Origin: Octopus bimaculoides
Lineage: Eukaryota
Length of the DNA stretch: 64,000 bases
Assembly: GCF_001194135.2 (NCBI RefSeq)
Contig: NC_069010.1
Span: forward strand, 9,378,720-9,442,719
Reading direction: 5' to 3'
Part shown: piece after piece, positions 54,193 through 64,000 of the stretch
How positions within the stretch are numbered: the stretch's first letter is position 1
Layout of the letters: the number at the start of each line of letters is the position of its first letter
Notes under the pieces: model-generated
Seen by the model: only the letters and a program-made list of their open reading frames with translations
What the model was told of the DNA's origin: nothing
The model's database searches: none
Translations under genes and position numbers: made by a program

Positions 54193-54580
54193 TTTGTTGG
54201 CACTCCGTCGCTTACGACATCGAGGGTTCCAGTTGATCCGATCAACGGAACAGCCTGCTGCTCGTGAAATTAAGGTGCAAGTGGCTGAGTACTCCACAGA
54301 CACGTGTACCCTTAATGTAGTTCTCGGGGATATTCAGCGTGACACAGTGTGACCAGGCTGACCCTTTGAATTACAGGTACAACAGAAACAGGAAGTAAGA
54401 GTGAGAGAAAATTGTGGTGAAAGAGTACAGCAGGGTTCGCCACCATCTCCTGCCGGAGCCTCGTGGAGCTTTAGGTATTTTCGCTCAATAAACACCCACA
54501 ATGCCCGGTCTGGGAATCGAAACTGCAATCCTAAGACCACGAGTCCGCTGCCCTAACCACTGGGCCATTGCGCCTCCACT
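54193..54580 (-). mobile_element. Full-length tRNA-derived SINE, family 3
   Basis: Head ggcgcaatggcccagtggttagggcagcggactc...gtttcgattccc (A/B boxes); partial copies at 40465-40585, 44295-44445 and 18440-18560. Confidence 0.75.
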
Positions 54581-54699
54581 TTGTTCCTTTATATTTCCTA
54601 TATATTTCCTATATTTGATTTGATGCCATGATTTTTGCTTATAATGTATATATTTGTGTAATACTGCAATCACCCTTTTATATATTTCCTCGTTTGTAG

Positions 54700-54875
54700 T
54701 TCTGCACAAAGCTTGAACTGAGCCTAGAAAACAAGCTTGCTGGCTGCGTAGTTGCAGAGTATTTGGCCTACCACGGGGCCAACTTTTACCATGAAAACAA
54801 AAGAAAGCAGACCCCAATGGATCTCATTGAAGATCCAGGCTTAAGGGAGAAAATGAAAACGTTTTTCCCACCACC
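54700..54875 (+). CDS. MIB-like E3 ligase exon (end of the insertion-bearing last ankyrin repeat)
   Basis: ttgtag| acceptor, cc|gtaagt donor phase 2; FCTKLELSLENKLAGCVVAEYLAYHGANFYHENKRKQTPMDLIEDPGLREKMKTFFPP resembles the MIB IACFLAANGADL..RNKKGQSPLDL segment. Not in the ORF track. Confidence 0.85.
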
Positions 54876-54944
54876 GTAAGTGTTACCTGGTCATGACAAA
54901 GAGATGGACCAGTGAATTTTCTGTTTTGTACATANNNNNNNNNN

Positions 54945-55215
54945 GATTTGGCAGAGTTTCTACAGCTGGATGCCCTTCATAACGCCAACCACTCAGAGAG
55001 TGTAGTGGGTGCTTTTACGTGCCACCCGCATGAGGGCCAGTCAGGCGATACTGGCAACGGCCATGCTCGAAATGGTGTATTTTACATGCCACCTGCACAA
55101 GAGCCAGTCCAGAGGCACTGGCAACGATCTCGCTCGAAAGTCCTTACATATGCCACGGGCACAAGTACCAGAAAGGCGACGCTGGGCACAGGTGCCATCA
55201 CGATTTTGCTTTCGC
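54945..55215 (-). mobile_element. RTE 3' UTR copy (reverse) in MIB-like intron
   Basis: Reverse complement of the 52834-53130 copy; further reverse copies at 55536-55728 and 56227-56550. Confidence 0.8.
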
Positions 55216-55790
55216 TTGCCCCAACAGGTCTTTGCAAGTCGAGTTTCGTGTCCAGTGACGGAGACGAAATAACGAAATGAATGAACACATTTTGAAATTG
55301 TTACTTACAAGTGGAATTTGTCTACTAAACATCTTTTACTGTCTTTTCTCTGCCTGAATCAGCCATCATCATGTAATGTTTCAGAAAAAATAATCTTCAA
55401 ACAAACACACACCAACATGATGTGTGTACGTATGTATGTATATGTATATTTCCGAAAATGGTTTAGAAGGATATATAATCTTAGCGAATACCGTGTTCAG
55501 TCTTATCTTTTGTTAATGCTAGCTAACCACGGTGAATCATCATCATCATCATCATCATTTAACGTCCACTTTCCATGCTGGCATGGGTTGGATGATTTGA
55601 CTGAGGACTGGTGAAACCGGATGGCAACACCAGGCTCCAATCTGATCTGGCAGAGTTTCTACAGCTGGATGCCCTTCCTAACGCCAACCACTCAGAGAGT
55701 GTAGTGGGCGCTTTTACGTGTCACCCACACAACATAATATTTGTTTTAAGTGAATATTATTGATAAGATATGTTTATATTCTTTCCGCAG

Positions 55791-55939
55791 ATTGCCGTGT
55801 ATGTGGTGTGAAGAAAATAAACCTACGATAACATTCCGTCCCTGTGGACATTCTGTTATCTGTGAGGAATGCTGCTCCAAAATTCCTCTTAAAAAATGTC
55901 CAGAGTGTTTATTATGTATAACTGGTAAATATGGAGTTG
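55791..55939 (+). CDS. MIB-like E3 ligase exon, RING finger 1 (C3HC4)
   Basis: ccgcag| acceptor phase 2, gttg|gtaaga donor phase 1; CMWCEENKPTITFRPCGHSVICEECCSKIPLKKCPEC. Confidence 0.88.
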
Positions 55940-56226
55940 GTAAGAATATCATTTTATTATCTGTATGTTTGTCTCATTTACTTTATGGTGTAGAATAAAG
56001 TACTTCATGCTGTTATGTAGAACCCAGGTCTGTCATAATCTGGCAGATTTATGAATAAAAAGTGCTCCAGAAATCTTTTCTCTGTGATAGTGTATTTATC
56101 ACTACATCCAATAAACATTGTCGTTATCCAATTAGAAGATTTGTCAGGCTTTCAGATACACATGACTAATGAATTGTACTGAAAGATAAATGGTGACTCA
56201 CTGAAATATCAATAAATAACAGATTC

Positions 56227-56550
56227 CATCATCATCATCGTTTAGCGTCCGCTTTCCATGCTAGCATGGGCTGGACGATTTGATTGAGGACTGGCAAGCC
56301 AGATGGCTGCACCAGACTCCAATCTGATTTGGCAGAGTTTCTACAGCTGGATGCCCTTCCTAACGCCAACCACTCAGAGAGTGTAGTGGGTGCTTTTACG
56401 TGCCACCCGCACGAAGGCCAGTCAGGCAGTACTGGTAACGGCCACACTCGAAATGGTGTCTTTTACGTGCCACCTGCACAGGAGCCAGTCCAGGGGCACT
56501 GGCAACGATCTCGCTCAAATGTCTTTACAGGTGCCATCACGATTTTGCTT
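56227..56550 (-). mobile_element. RTE 3' UTR copy (reverse) in last MIB-like intron
   Basis: Begins catcatcatcatcgtttagcgtccgctttccatgctagcatggg. Confidence 0.8.
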
Positions 56551-56660
56551 TCTTCAACATTTTTACAAACTATTTCTTGGTCATGCTTTCCTGATACATT
56601 GACTGATCCATAGTCTTCTACTTAAATATACTGGCATTTGTGCATTTTTTATCTTTTCAG

Positions 56661-56833
56661 ATGGGTCCCCGTTTGATGCAGAATCTATATCTACGTGTAC
56701 AATATGTATGGAACGGCATTGGAACATGGTCTTTCAGTGTGGCCATACCACTTGTAAAGAATGCGGAGGCAAAATTAATCAGTGCCATTTGTGTCGGAAA
56801 ACAATTGAGACAAAGATTATTGTTAGACAATGA
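56661..56833 (+). CDS. MIB-like E3 ligase terminal exon, C-terminal RING
   Basis: tttcag| acceptor phase 1; CTICMERHWNMVFQCGHTTCKECGGKINQCHLCRKTIETKIIVRQ* closely resembles the MIB terminal RING pattern; TGA 56831-56833. The ORF track shows a different frame here. Confidence 0.9.
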
Positions 56834-57269
56834 CTGACCTCATTGATTTTTGTCACTTCCAGTTGTTGTTCTGTTATCTCACCTTGTCACCACCAGCCTT
56901 TATCAGATACATATGTACACCACCATGTAGTGGCGCGTGTGGCCGCCATCTTGGGAAGTGCCATTGCGCATGTGCAAGGGACTTGCCGTCAGCGCGGAAG
57001 TACCCAGGCACGCATGCACAATGCAACAGGTGGAGAGAAAGCAATAGCGTTCGTCCTCTTCTCTATCTAGCAGCGGTGGTGACAACACGTATCTTCCATT
57101 GCCCTCTCAACTCAATACCGACATGTGGTCGAAGCTTCCTTGGTATTCTAGCGGCATGCCTGTTCACCCAGGAACGAAACGGCTCTACACCAACCTAGAA
57201 TAAATTATTGATCTGTTGTTACCGTTATCGCTCGTGTTGTTGTATTTCTGGATTTTAATGATTGATATA

Positions 57270-57915
57270 AGAACTGGGGAGAGATGGCCGAGCTGTCATA
57301 TCCCATCCAATTCTTATACACTATTTCTCGTTGCCTCCACCCTTTATCACATACTAGCTTAGAAGCAGCACTCCATGTGGTCATTTTTGTTAGCTCCACA
57401 GACCCAATTTTAAAAGAACTCTAAAACTTTGTATACATTTGTCCACAGCCAGCTTGAGTTGTTGCCAGTCCATGATCCATTGCTGTATTGTGTCCAAGTC
57501 TGATTGCAATAAAGATCTATACTGTACAGGATCCGTCTTTTTTATTTCGAAGTACAGCTTGAAGTCATCTGCCTATTTCACCACAATGGCATTCTTTAAG
57601 TTGACATCTGTATCATTAATACATGCAACAAATAGAAGGGGGCCAAGAACAGATCCCTGTGGTACACCAGATGTCATCTCATAGGGTGAACAGTGCTGTC
57701 CTAGAACTGTGACAACCTCATTTCGGCCGATAATAAAGGACTTCAACCAGTTATAGAGATCATCTCTTACATCCATTGCAGAGAGTTTCACCATAAGTCT
57801 TTTGTGTGGCACAGAATTAAAAACCTCAGCAAAGTCCAGGTAAATAACATCCACCCAGGAGCCGCCATCAGTGATTCAGGTAATGTCCTCAAGAAACTCA
57901 ATGAGTTGATTACAG
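57270..57915 (-). mobile_element. Degenerate CR1-clade LINE reverse transcriptase fragment
   Basis: DVIYLDFAEVFNSVPHKRL...TSGVPQGSVLGPLLF...VK*ADD (stop at the Y/F of the YADD motif)...LQSDLDTI. Confidence 0.85.
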
Positions 57916-58157
57916 CAGCTGTGTTTGTCCCCCCAACATCGCTTGACAACCGATGCTGGTGTGTTTACGTCCCCGTAACTTAGCGGTTCGGCAAAAGAGA
58001 CCGATAGAATAAGTACTAAGCTTACAAAGAATAAGTCCTGGGGTCGATTTACTCGACTAAAGGTGGTGCTTCAGCATGGCCGCAGTCAAATGACTGAAAC
58101 AAGTAAAAGAGTAAAAGAGTATATATATTTTGGTAATTTTTCAGATTAACACCCACA

Positions 58158-58253
58158 CGATCTTGACTAGGGTGTTAGGGTTAGGATTAGGGACGGAATT
58201 CTCTAACCCAAACCCTAAAACTAACCGTGACCCTAACACCCTAGTGAAGATCG
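58158..58253. repeat. Foldback element with TTAGGG/CCCTAA-like inner repeats
   Basis: Arms 58158-58181 and 58230-58253 (24 bp, 1 mismatch); interior ttagggttaggattaggg...ctaacccaaaccctaaaactaacc. Confidence 0.8.
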
Positions 58254-58710
58254 TTGGGGAGTCATATAGAGAAAGTCCCTCAAAAACTAGCTCGTCTTTC
58301 AAACCATCTAATTCTCCTGTGTAGATGTAGAGACTCAAAGCTAATACCACCTGGCTTGACTATAATGACACCAGTGGATTCATATAAAGCTAGAAGAGTA
58401 GCGGAAAGGGCAGGGCATGCTCTCGGCCGTTAGAGGATCCATTGAAACAAGAAGAGGACAAATATCCGTCAAATGTTAATAATGTACATAATTCCTCATC
58501 TCTTAAACATAGAACTGTATTATAAAATATTGCAATACACAAATGTATTACTCTCTAGTAGAATAAAGCACCGTAAAGGTAGAAGTATAAATATATATAT
58601 ATAGATTAGTGGTACAACTAATATTCACTAGAAATAGCAGTCGATACAATTACGACGCTATAATAAAACTTCACTGCGTATATACTGGCATCGTAAATAC
58701 TACTAAAGCA

Positions 58711-58856
58711 GCGTGGTCCCGAACGCGCAAGCTAGTCGTGAGTGGTCGATCCTAACCTTGATCCTATCCCTAACCCTAAACACATGTATTCGTTTGCAAC
58801 GCGCACTTTTTGTAGGATCGACCACTCACGACTAGCTTGCGCGTTCGGGACCACGC
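58711..58856. repeat. Foldback element with perfect 44-bp inverted arms
   Basis: 58711-58754 is the exact reverse complement of 58813-58856; 58-bp spacer contains ccctaaccctaa. Confidence 0.9.
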
Positions 58857-58984
58857 CGCTCGGCACAATCACTTTCAGTCCCCCGCCCCCTCTTTCCCAC
58901 AGTACCCATAAGTCTTGTCACCTGACCTAAACTGACCAATGACGATCCAATATTTCCATCCTCCTCCTTCCCTCTCTCTCTGTT

Positions 58985-59095
58985 TACCTCCAGCCGCCAT
59001 TTCTATTAACTCTTCAACCGTGACCGCTGTCATTAATTAATGTCTGCTAATTGAGACAGACGAAGATCTTTTTCTCTTCCGTAGATTTACCCCAA
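58985..59095 (+). promoter_or_regulatory. Putative promoter / non-coding first exon of the ZNF gene
   Basis: Pyrimidine-rich unique sequence with YY1-like GCCGCCATTT at 58993-59002 and donor caa|gtaggt after 59095; candidate acceptor ttttaatttcag| at 60634/60635 upstream of the ATG. Confidence 0.4.
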
Positions 59096-59228
59096 GTAGG
59101 TTTTGCTATTTTGTTCATTTCCTTTCGCTCGATCGTGTTTTTCCTTCTTCATGATGTTTATTTGTGTTTGATCTGTCCATAAATTAACGTAACAACAACT
59201 TCGATCATTGTTCTGCTCAGTCAGGCAT

Positions 59229-60113
59229 GACCTGGGGTTAAACAACAGCAACAACCAGATGGGATGTCAACGTGATCGTTTGATCTTCTAGAAACAGTAG
59301 CCGAGTTTACCTCAAATTACACGTTTCAGTGTTGAAAATTGAAGGCTACATTTGATTGTGTAGTCCTAGATATACAGTGACAGAGGGAGGAACGTACTCA
59401 GGCAGGCTTTACCTAGGGTTAAACAATAACAACCAGATGGGATGTCAACGTGATCGTTTGATCTTCTAGAAACAGTAGCCAAGTTTACCTCAGATTACAC
59501 GTTTCAGCGTTGAAAATTGAAGGCTACATTTGACTGTGTAGTCCTAGATATACAGTGACAGAAGGAGGAACGTATTCAGGCAGGCTTTACCTGGGGTTAA
59601 ACGACAGCAAACAGACGGGATGTCAACGTGATCGTTTGATCTTCTAGAAACAGTAGCCAAGTTTACCTCAAATCGCACGTTTCAGCGTTGAAAATTGAAG
59701 GCTACATTTGACTGTGTAGTCCTAGATATACAGTGACAGAGGGAGGAACGTACTCAGGCAGGCTTTACCTGGGGTTNNNNNNNNNNNNNNNNNNNNNNNN
59801 NNNNNNNNNNNNNNNNNNNNNNNNNNNNNNNNNNNNNNNNNNNNNNNNNNNNNTTCAGGCAGGCTTTACCTGGGGTTAAACGACAGCAAACAGACGGGAT
59901 GTCAACGTGATCGTTTGATCTTCTAGAAACAGTAGCCAAGTTTACCTCAAATCGCACGTTTCAGCGTTGAAAATTGAAGGCTCTTCCAGAATTAATAACT
60001 TCAAATTACACTTTACTCCCGAACTTTCAGGGCTACATTAGATATTGTAGTCCAAGATATACAGTGGCAGAGGGAAGGACGTGCTCGGTCAAGCCTAACC
60101 TGAGGTTAAACAA
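59229..60113. repeat. 178-bp tandem array
   Basis: gtcaacgtgatcgtttgatc recurs at 59266, 59444, 59622 and again after the gap (59901); one diverged terminal unit; gap 59777-59853. Confidence 0.9.
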
Positions 60114-60918
60114 CCTAGATTCCTCAACCCCCACATACACACATTCTCGAAATAATATCCAAATTTACGAATTTTCAGAATAGCTCTCCCACATATATTG
60201 GCATTTTTCTGGACAAGAATATAACGCCTAACCGATTGCCTTTGACATAATCGCCATGACAACGAAACAGAAATAAATACACCATTCCACTTAGGACAAG
60301 GTGCTGCGATCACCTGTTATTACCAGAGATCAGAGGTCGGGGAACATTTTAAACCAATTACCCTAAAATATATTTATTTACGCCGACGTTACCCCTTGAT
60401 TCGGAAGGAAGAAAATCAGACAAGGAACACGTTCTTTCAGTTTCCGTCTACCAAATCCACTCACAAGGCTTTGGTCGGCCTGTGGCCATAGTAGAAGACA
60501 CTTGCTCTAGGTGCCACACAGTGGGACTGAACCCGGAACCACATTGCCACTCCTTTTAATATTTTTATTGTTACTTTTTAAAAAAAAATTTTTGAAGTAT
60601 CCTCTATAGTTTGTATTGTTTCTTTTAATTTCAGAATACCAAATGATTGGAATCAACCAGTATTGTTTTGGACACATTGTCACTTTTTAAAGCCAGATAT
60701 TGTATGAAAACACAAGTGTCTGCCTGTTTCTATAGATCTATATTTGGAATTACAATGAAGTATTTGCTTTGACCAAGTTAATTATGTTTGATTAAAATCG
60801 CAGTCGATGGAAATAGAGGAAGGGAAATATTTGTTATGGATTAAATATAAAGCCAGGTAAAGCAAGAACAACAAAACACCTGTGTGTTGTGGTGAGAGAG
60901 AGACACGGAGAAAAGAAT

Positions 60919-63186
60919 ATGGAAAATGATTTGTGTGAGGAGAAAATTAAATGTGAACAAGAATGGAATTGGGTGGAATTACATAATGAGATGCCAGAGG
61001 ACGCAGAAGAAACTTCATACACAGATCTAACTACACACAAACAGACTCATACGGGAGAGAAACCATATCACTGTGATATTTGTGGTAAATCATTTTTTGA
61101 AAGAAGTTCTTTGAATACTCATGCGTGCGTCAGTACAGAAAAGAGATCATATCAGTGTGATATCTGTGGTAAACCATTCTCTACGGCAAGTCATTTAACT
61201 ACACACAAGCGGACTCATACAGGAGAGAGACCCTACCCATGTGATATCTGTGGCAAAGCATTCTCGAAAACTAGCCACTTGAGTAGACACAAATATATTC
61301 ATACAGGAGAGAAACCATACGAGTGTGATATCTGTGGTAAATTATTTACGGTGATAAGTAACTTGAGTAGACATAAGCGCATTCATACGGGAGAGAAACC
61401 ACATCACTGTGACATCTGTGGTAAATTGTTTTCTGAAAGAGGTAACTTAACGAGACACAAACGTATTCACACGGGAGAAAAACCATATTTTTGTGATATC
61501 TGTGGTAAGTCATTTACCTTAGATAGTGACCTGACAAGACACAAACGCATTCACACTGGGGAGAAACCATATTTCTGTGACATCTGTGGTAAATCGTTCT
61601 CTCGAAATGATGACTTAGTTATTCACAAACGTATTCATACTGGACAGAAGCCATTTCACTGTGATACTTGTGGAAAATCATTCTCTGAAAGAGGTAGATT
61701 AACTAAACACAAACGTATTCATACAGGGGAGAAGCCATATTATTGTGATATCTGTGGTGTATCATTCTCTGAGACTAGTTCCCTTAATAAGCACAGGCTT
61801 GTTCACTCTGATATCGATGGTAAATCATTCTCTCAAAACGAAGACTTAATGTCACGTGCGTTCATTCATTCGAGAGAAAGACCATACCACTGTGATATCT
61901 GTGGTAAATCGTTTGCAAAGCTCAGTTACATAGCTACACACAAACGCGTTCATACAGGAGAGAAACCACACCACTGTGATATTTGTGGTAAATCATTCTC
62001 TGAAGGAAGTGGCTTAGTTATTCACAAACGAATTCATACAGGAGAAAAACCATACGAGTGTGACGTCTGTGGTAGATTATTCGCTCAAATCAGCCGATTA
62101 ACCAGACACAAACGCATTCACACAGGGGAGAAACCGTATCAGTGTGATATCTGTGGTAAATCATTTTCCTTGATCACGACCTTAACTAAGCACAATCATA
62201 TTCACACAGGCGAGAAGCCGTATCTTTGCAACATTTGTGGTAAATCTTTTTCTCTTCTAGGTAGCTTAACCACTCACAAACGCAGTCATACAGGAGAGAA
62301 ACCATATCACTGTGATGTCTGTGGTAAATATTTCTCAGTAATAAGTAACTTGACTAAACACAAACTCACTCATACGGGAGAGAAACCACACCACTGTGAT
62401 ATCTGTAATAAATCATTCTCTCAGAAAGGGCATTTGATTACACATCAATATATACATACAGGAGAGAAACCATATCACTGTGATATGTGCGGGAAATCGT
62501 TTGCTTCCAGGAGTCACTTAACAAAACACTATCGCATTCACACCGGTGAGAAACCGTACCGCTGCAATATCTGTGGTAGATCTTTCGCTGCAAGTAACAC
62601 TTTAAATGCTCATAGAAACACTCATACGGGTAAGAATTCATGCCATTATGGGAGGTCGTCCTCCGTAAGAAGTGCCTTGGCTAAGCACAAATGCATTAAT
62701 AATGCACGAGACAAACCGTTTCGCTGCGACGTCTGTGGGAAATCGTTCTCTACAGGAACTATCTTAACCACGCATAAACGTATTCACACTGGGGAGAGAC
62801 CTTATGATTGCGATATCTGTGGTAAATCGTTCTCGCAAAAAGAAAACTTAATTAATCATAAACGTGTTCACACAGGAGAGAAGCCATATCGCTGTGATAT
62901 CTGTGGTAAATCGTTCTCTGAACGCAGCAGCTTAACTAAACACAAGCGTATTCATACAGGAGAGAAACCATATCATTGTGATGCCTGTAATAAATCATTC
63001 TCTCAGATAAGTCACTTAACTAAACACAAATTCACTCATACAGGAGAGAAACCATTTCATTGTGATGCCTGTAATAAATCATTCTCTCAGATAAGTCACT
63101 TAACTAAACACAAATTCACTCATACGGGGAGAGAAACCATATCACTGATGTCTGTGATAAATCATTCTCGGAAAACTCAAATTTGA
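60919..63186 (+). CDS. Multi-C2H2 zinc-finger protein (cephalopod expanded ZNF class), 755 aa
   Basis: First in-frame ATG at 60919 ([14 protein letters not shown]...). 25 finger positions with TGEKPY linkers, 22 intact CxxC..HxxxH. The C-terminus RETISLMS... results from a frameshift near 63127-63130. Confidence 0.9.
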   Translation: MENDLCEEKIKCEQEWNWVELHNEMPEDAEETSYTDLTTHKQTHTGEKPYHCDICGKSFFERSSLNTHACVSTEKRSYQCDICGKPFSTASHLTTHKRTHTGERPYPCDICGKAFSKTSHLSRHKYIHTGEKPYECDICGKLFTVISNLSRHKRIHTGEKPHHCDICGKLFSERGNLTRHKRIHTGEKPYFCDICGKSFTLDSDLTRHKRIHTGEKPYFCDICGKSFSRNDDLVIHKRIHTGQKPFHCDTCGKSFSERGRLTKHKRIHTGEKPYYCDICGVSFSETSSLNKHRLVHSDIDGKSFSQNEDLMSRAFIHSRERPYHCDICGKSFAKLSYIATHKRVHTGEKPHHCDICGKSFSEGSGLVIHKRIHTGEKPYECDVCGRLFAQISRLTRHKRIHTGEKPYQCDICGKSFSLITTLTKHNHIHTGEKPYLCNICGKSFSLLGSLTTHKRSHTGEKPYHCDVCGKYFSVISNLTKHKLTHTGEKPHHCDICNKSFSQKGHLITHQYIHTGEKPYHCDMCGKSFASRSHLTKHYRIHTGEKPYRCNICGRSFAASNTLNAHRNTHTGKNSCHYGRSSSVRSALAKHKCINNARDKPFRCDVCGKSFSTGTILTTHKRIHTGERPYDCDICGKSFSQKENLINHKRVHTGEKPYRCDICGKSFSERSSLTKHKRIHTGEKPYHCDACNKSFSQISHLTKHKFTHTGEKPFHCDACNKSFSQISHLTKHKFTHTGRETISLMSVINHSRKTQI

Positions 63187-63257
63187 CAAGACACAAAGAT
63201 ATTCACAGAGAAGAAAGACCATGTCACTGTTGACATGTGTGGTAGAATGTTCTTTAA

Positions 63258-63753
63258 CCCTTTAGCATTTAAACCAGGCCCAAATATTTCTGTTTATTCT
63301 ATGTTGAAACTAACCAGATCTTACCTCTCACACCTACCTTGCAATGTCATTTCTAAAGGTAAACTATCATCATCATCATTGTTTAACGTCCGCTTTCCAT
63401 GCTAGCATGGGTTGGACGATTTGACTGAGGACTGGTGAAACCAGATGGCTGCACCAGGCTCCAATCTGATCTGGCAGAGTTTCTACAGCTGGATGCCCTT
63501 CCTAACGCCAACCACTCAGAGAGTGTAGTGGGTGCTTTTACGTGCCACCAGCACGAAGGCCAGTCAGGCGGTACTGGCAACGGCCACGCTCAAAATGGTG
63601 TATTTTACATGCCACCTGCACAGGAGCCAGTCCAGCGGCACTGGCACGATCTCGCTTGATGAAATCTTAAAGCTATGAAATAATGCATGATTAATTCTAA
63701 ACAGTTTGAATAAATAAGCATTACATTTGACAGAGTATCTGAATATTAAAGAA
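63258..63753. mobile_element. TTAA-flanked (piggyBac-like) MITE inserted in the ZNF tail
   Basis: TTAA at 63254-63257 and 63754-63757; starts CCCTTTAGCAT; same family reversed at about 26545-26657. Confidence 0.7.
63365..63655 (-). mobile_element. RTE 3' UTR copy nested in a TTAA MITE
   Basis: catcatcattgtttaacgtccgctttcc...ggcacgatctcgc, splitting the MITE at 63258-63753. Confidence 0.8.
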
Positions 63754-64000
63754 TTAATGGAAGTACCTCAACTAAACCCACATTTATTCATTACAAGACA
63801 GAAACCATATCACTGTGATAAAACGTTCTCTCTGTTAAGTCTCTTCCCTTCGGACAGCTACATTGATAAAGGAGAGAAGCCATATCAATGTAATTCTTTC
63901 TCTCAGAATGACTTAAGCCAGTGGCTCTCAACCGGGGTCTATATAAGATTTTTGAGGATCCATGCAACAAAATAGGTAAATTGAGGATCCATGATGGTAT

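Larger units (their letters stand above)
63127..63910 (+). pseudogene. Decayed zinc-finger array tail downstream of the ZNF ORF
   Basis: Out-of-frame remnants [37 protein letters not shown], and after the insertion RQKPYHCDKTFS and GEKPYQCNSFSQND. Confidence 0.75.

Noticed and set aside
59229-60113. CRISPR-like interpretation of the regular array (also considered for 4624-4838 and 17244-17612)
   Set aside because: Whole units are repeated with no unique spacers, no cas genes, and the context is eukaryotic

Overview
AT-rich, microsatellite- and retroposon-dense eukaryotic draft scaffold with at least ten N-gaps. The repeat families and the C2H2-ZNF style point to an octopod cephalopod (inference, probably Octopus). 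Three protein-coding loci are supported, all on the + strand. (1) A complete cytospin-A/SPECC1L orthologue: 5 coding exons, 37385-44921, 1129 aa, one 2.98-kb exon plus a split CH domain. (2) A 5'-incomplete mind bomb-like ANK-RING-RING E3 ligase: 7 exons reconstructed with consistent splice phases, 49497-56833, 415 aa visible. It lacks the pre-terminal-RING coiled coil and has no visible MIB/HERC2-ZZ-REP N-terminus. (3) A single-exon C2H2 zinc-finger gene, 60919-63186, with 22 intact fingers, whose array tail is decaying through frameshifts and a nested MITE+LINE insertion. The first 37 kb has no recognisable protein domains outside retroelement remnants: tRNA-derived SINEs, 5'-truncated RTE LINEs, Tc1/mariner, hAT and TTAA-type MITEs, a Helitron-like element and a few orphan exon-like islands. 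Most curious non-coding items: a 178-bp tandem array from a modular repeat family that arrays repeatedly in this window, two foldback elements with telomere-like repeats upstream of the ZNF gene, hammerhead-ribozyme-like motifs in SPECC1L introns, and a YY1/NRF1/ETS motif island directly after the MIB-like stop codon. I see no CRISPR, rRNA, true tRNA gene or prokaryote-type system, and I cannot claim a demonstrably new biological system from sequence alone.
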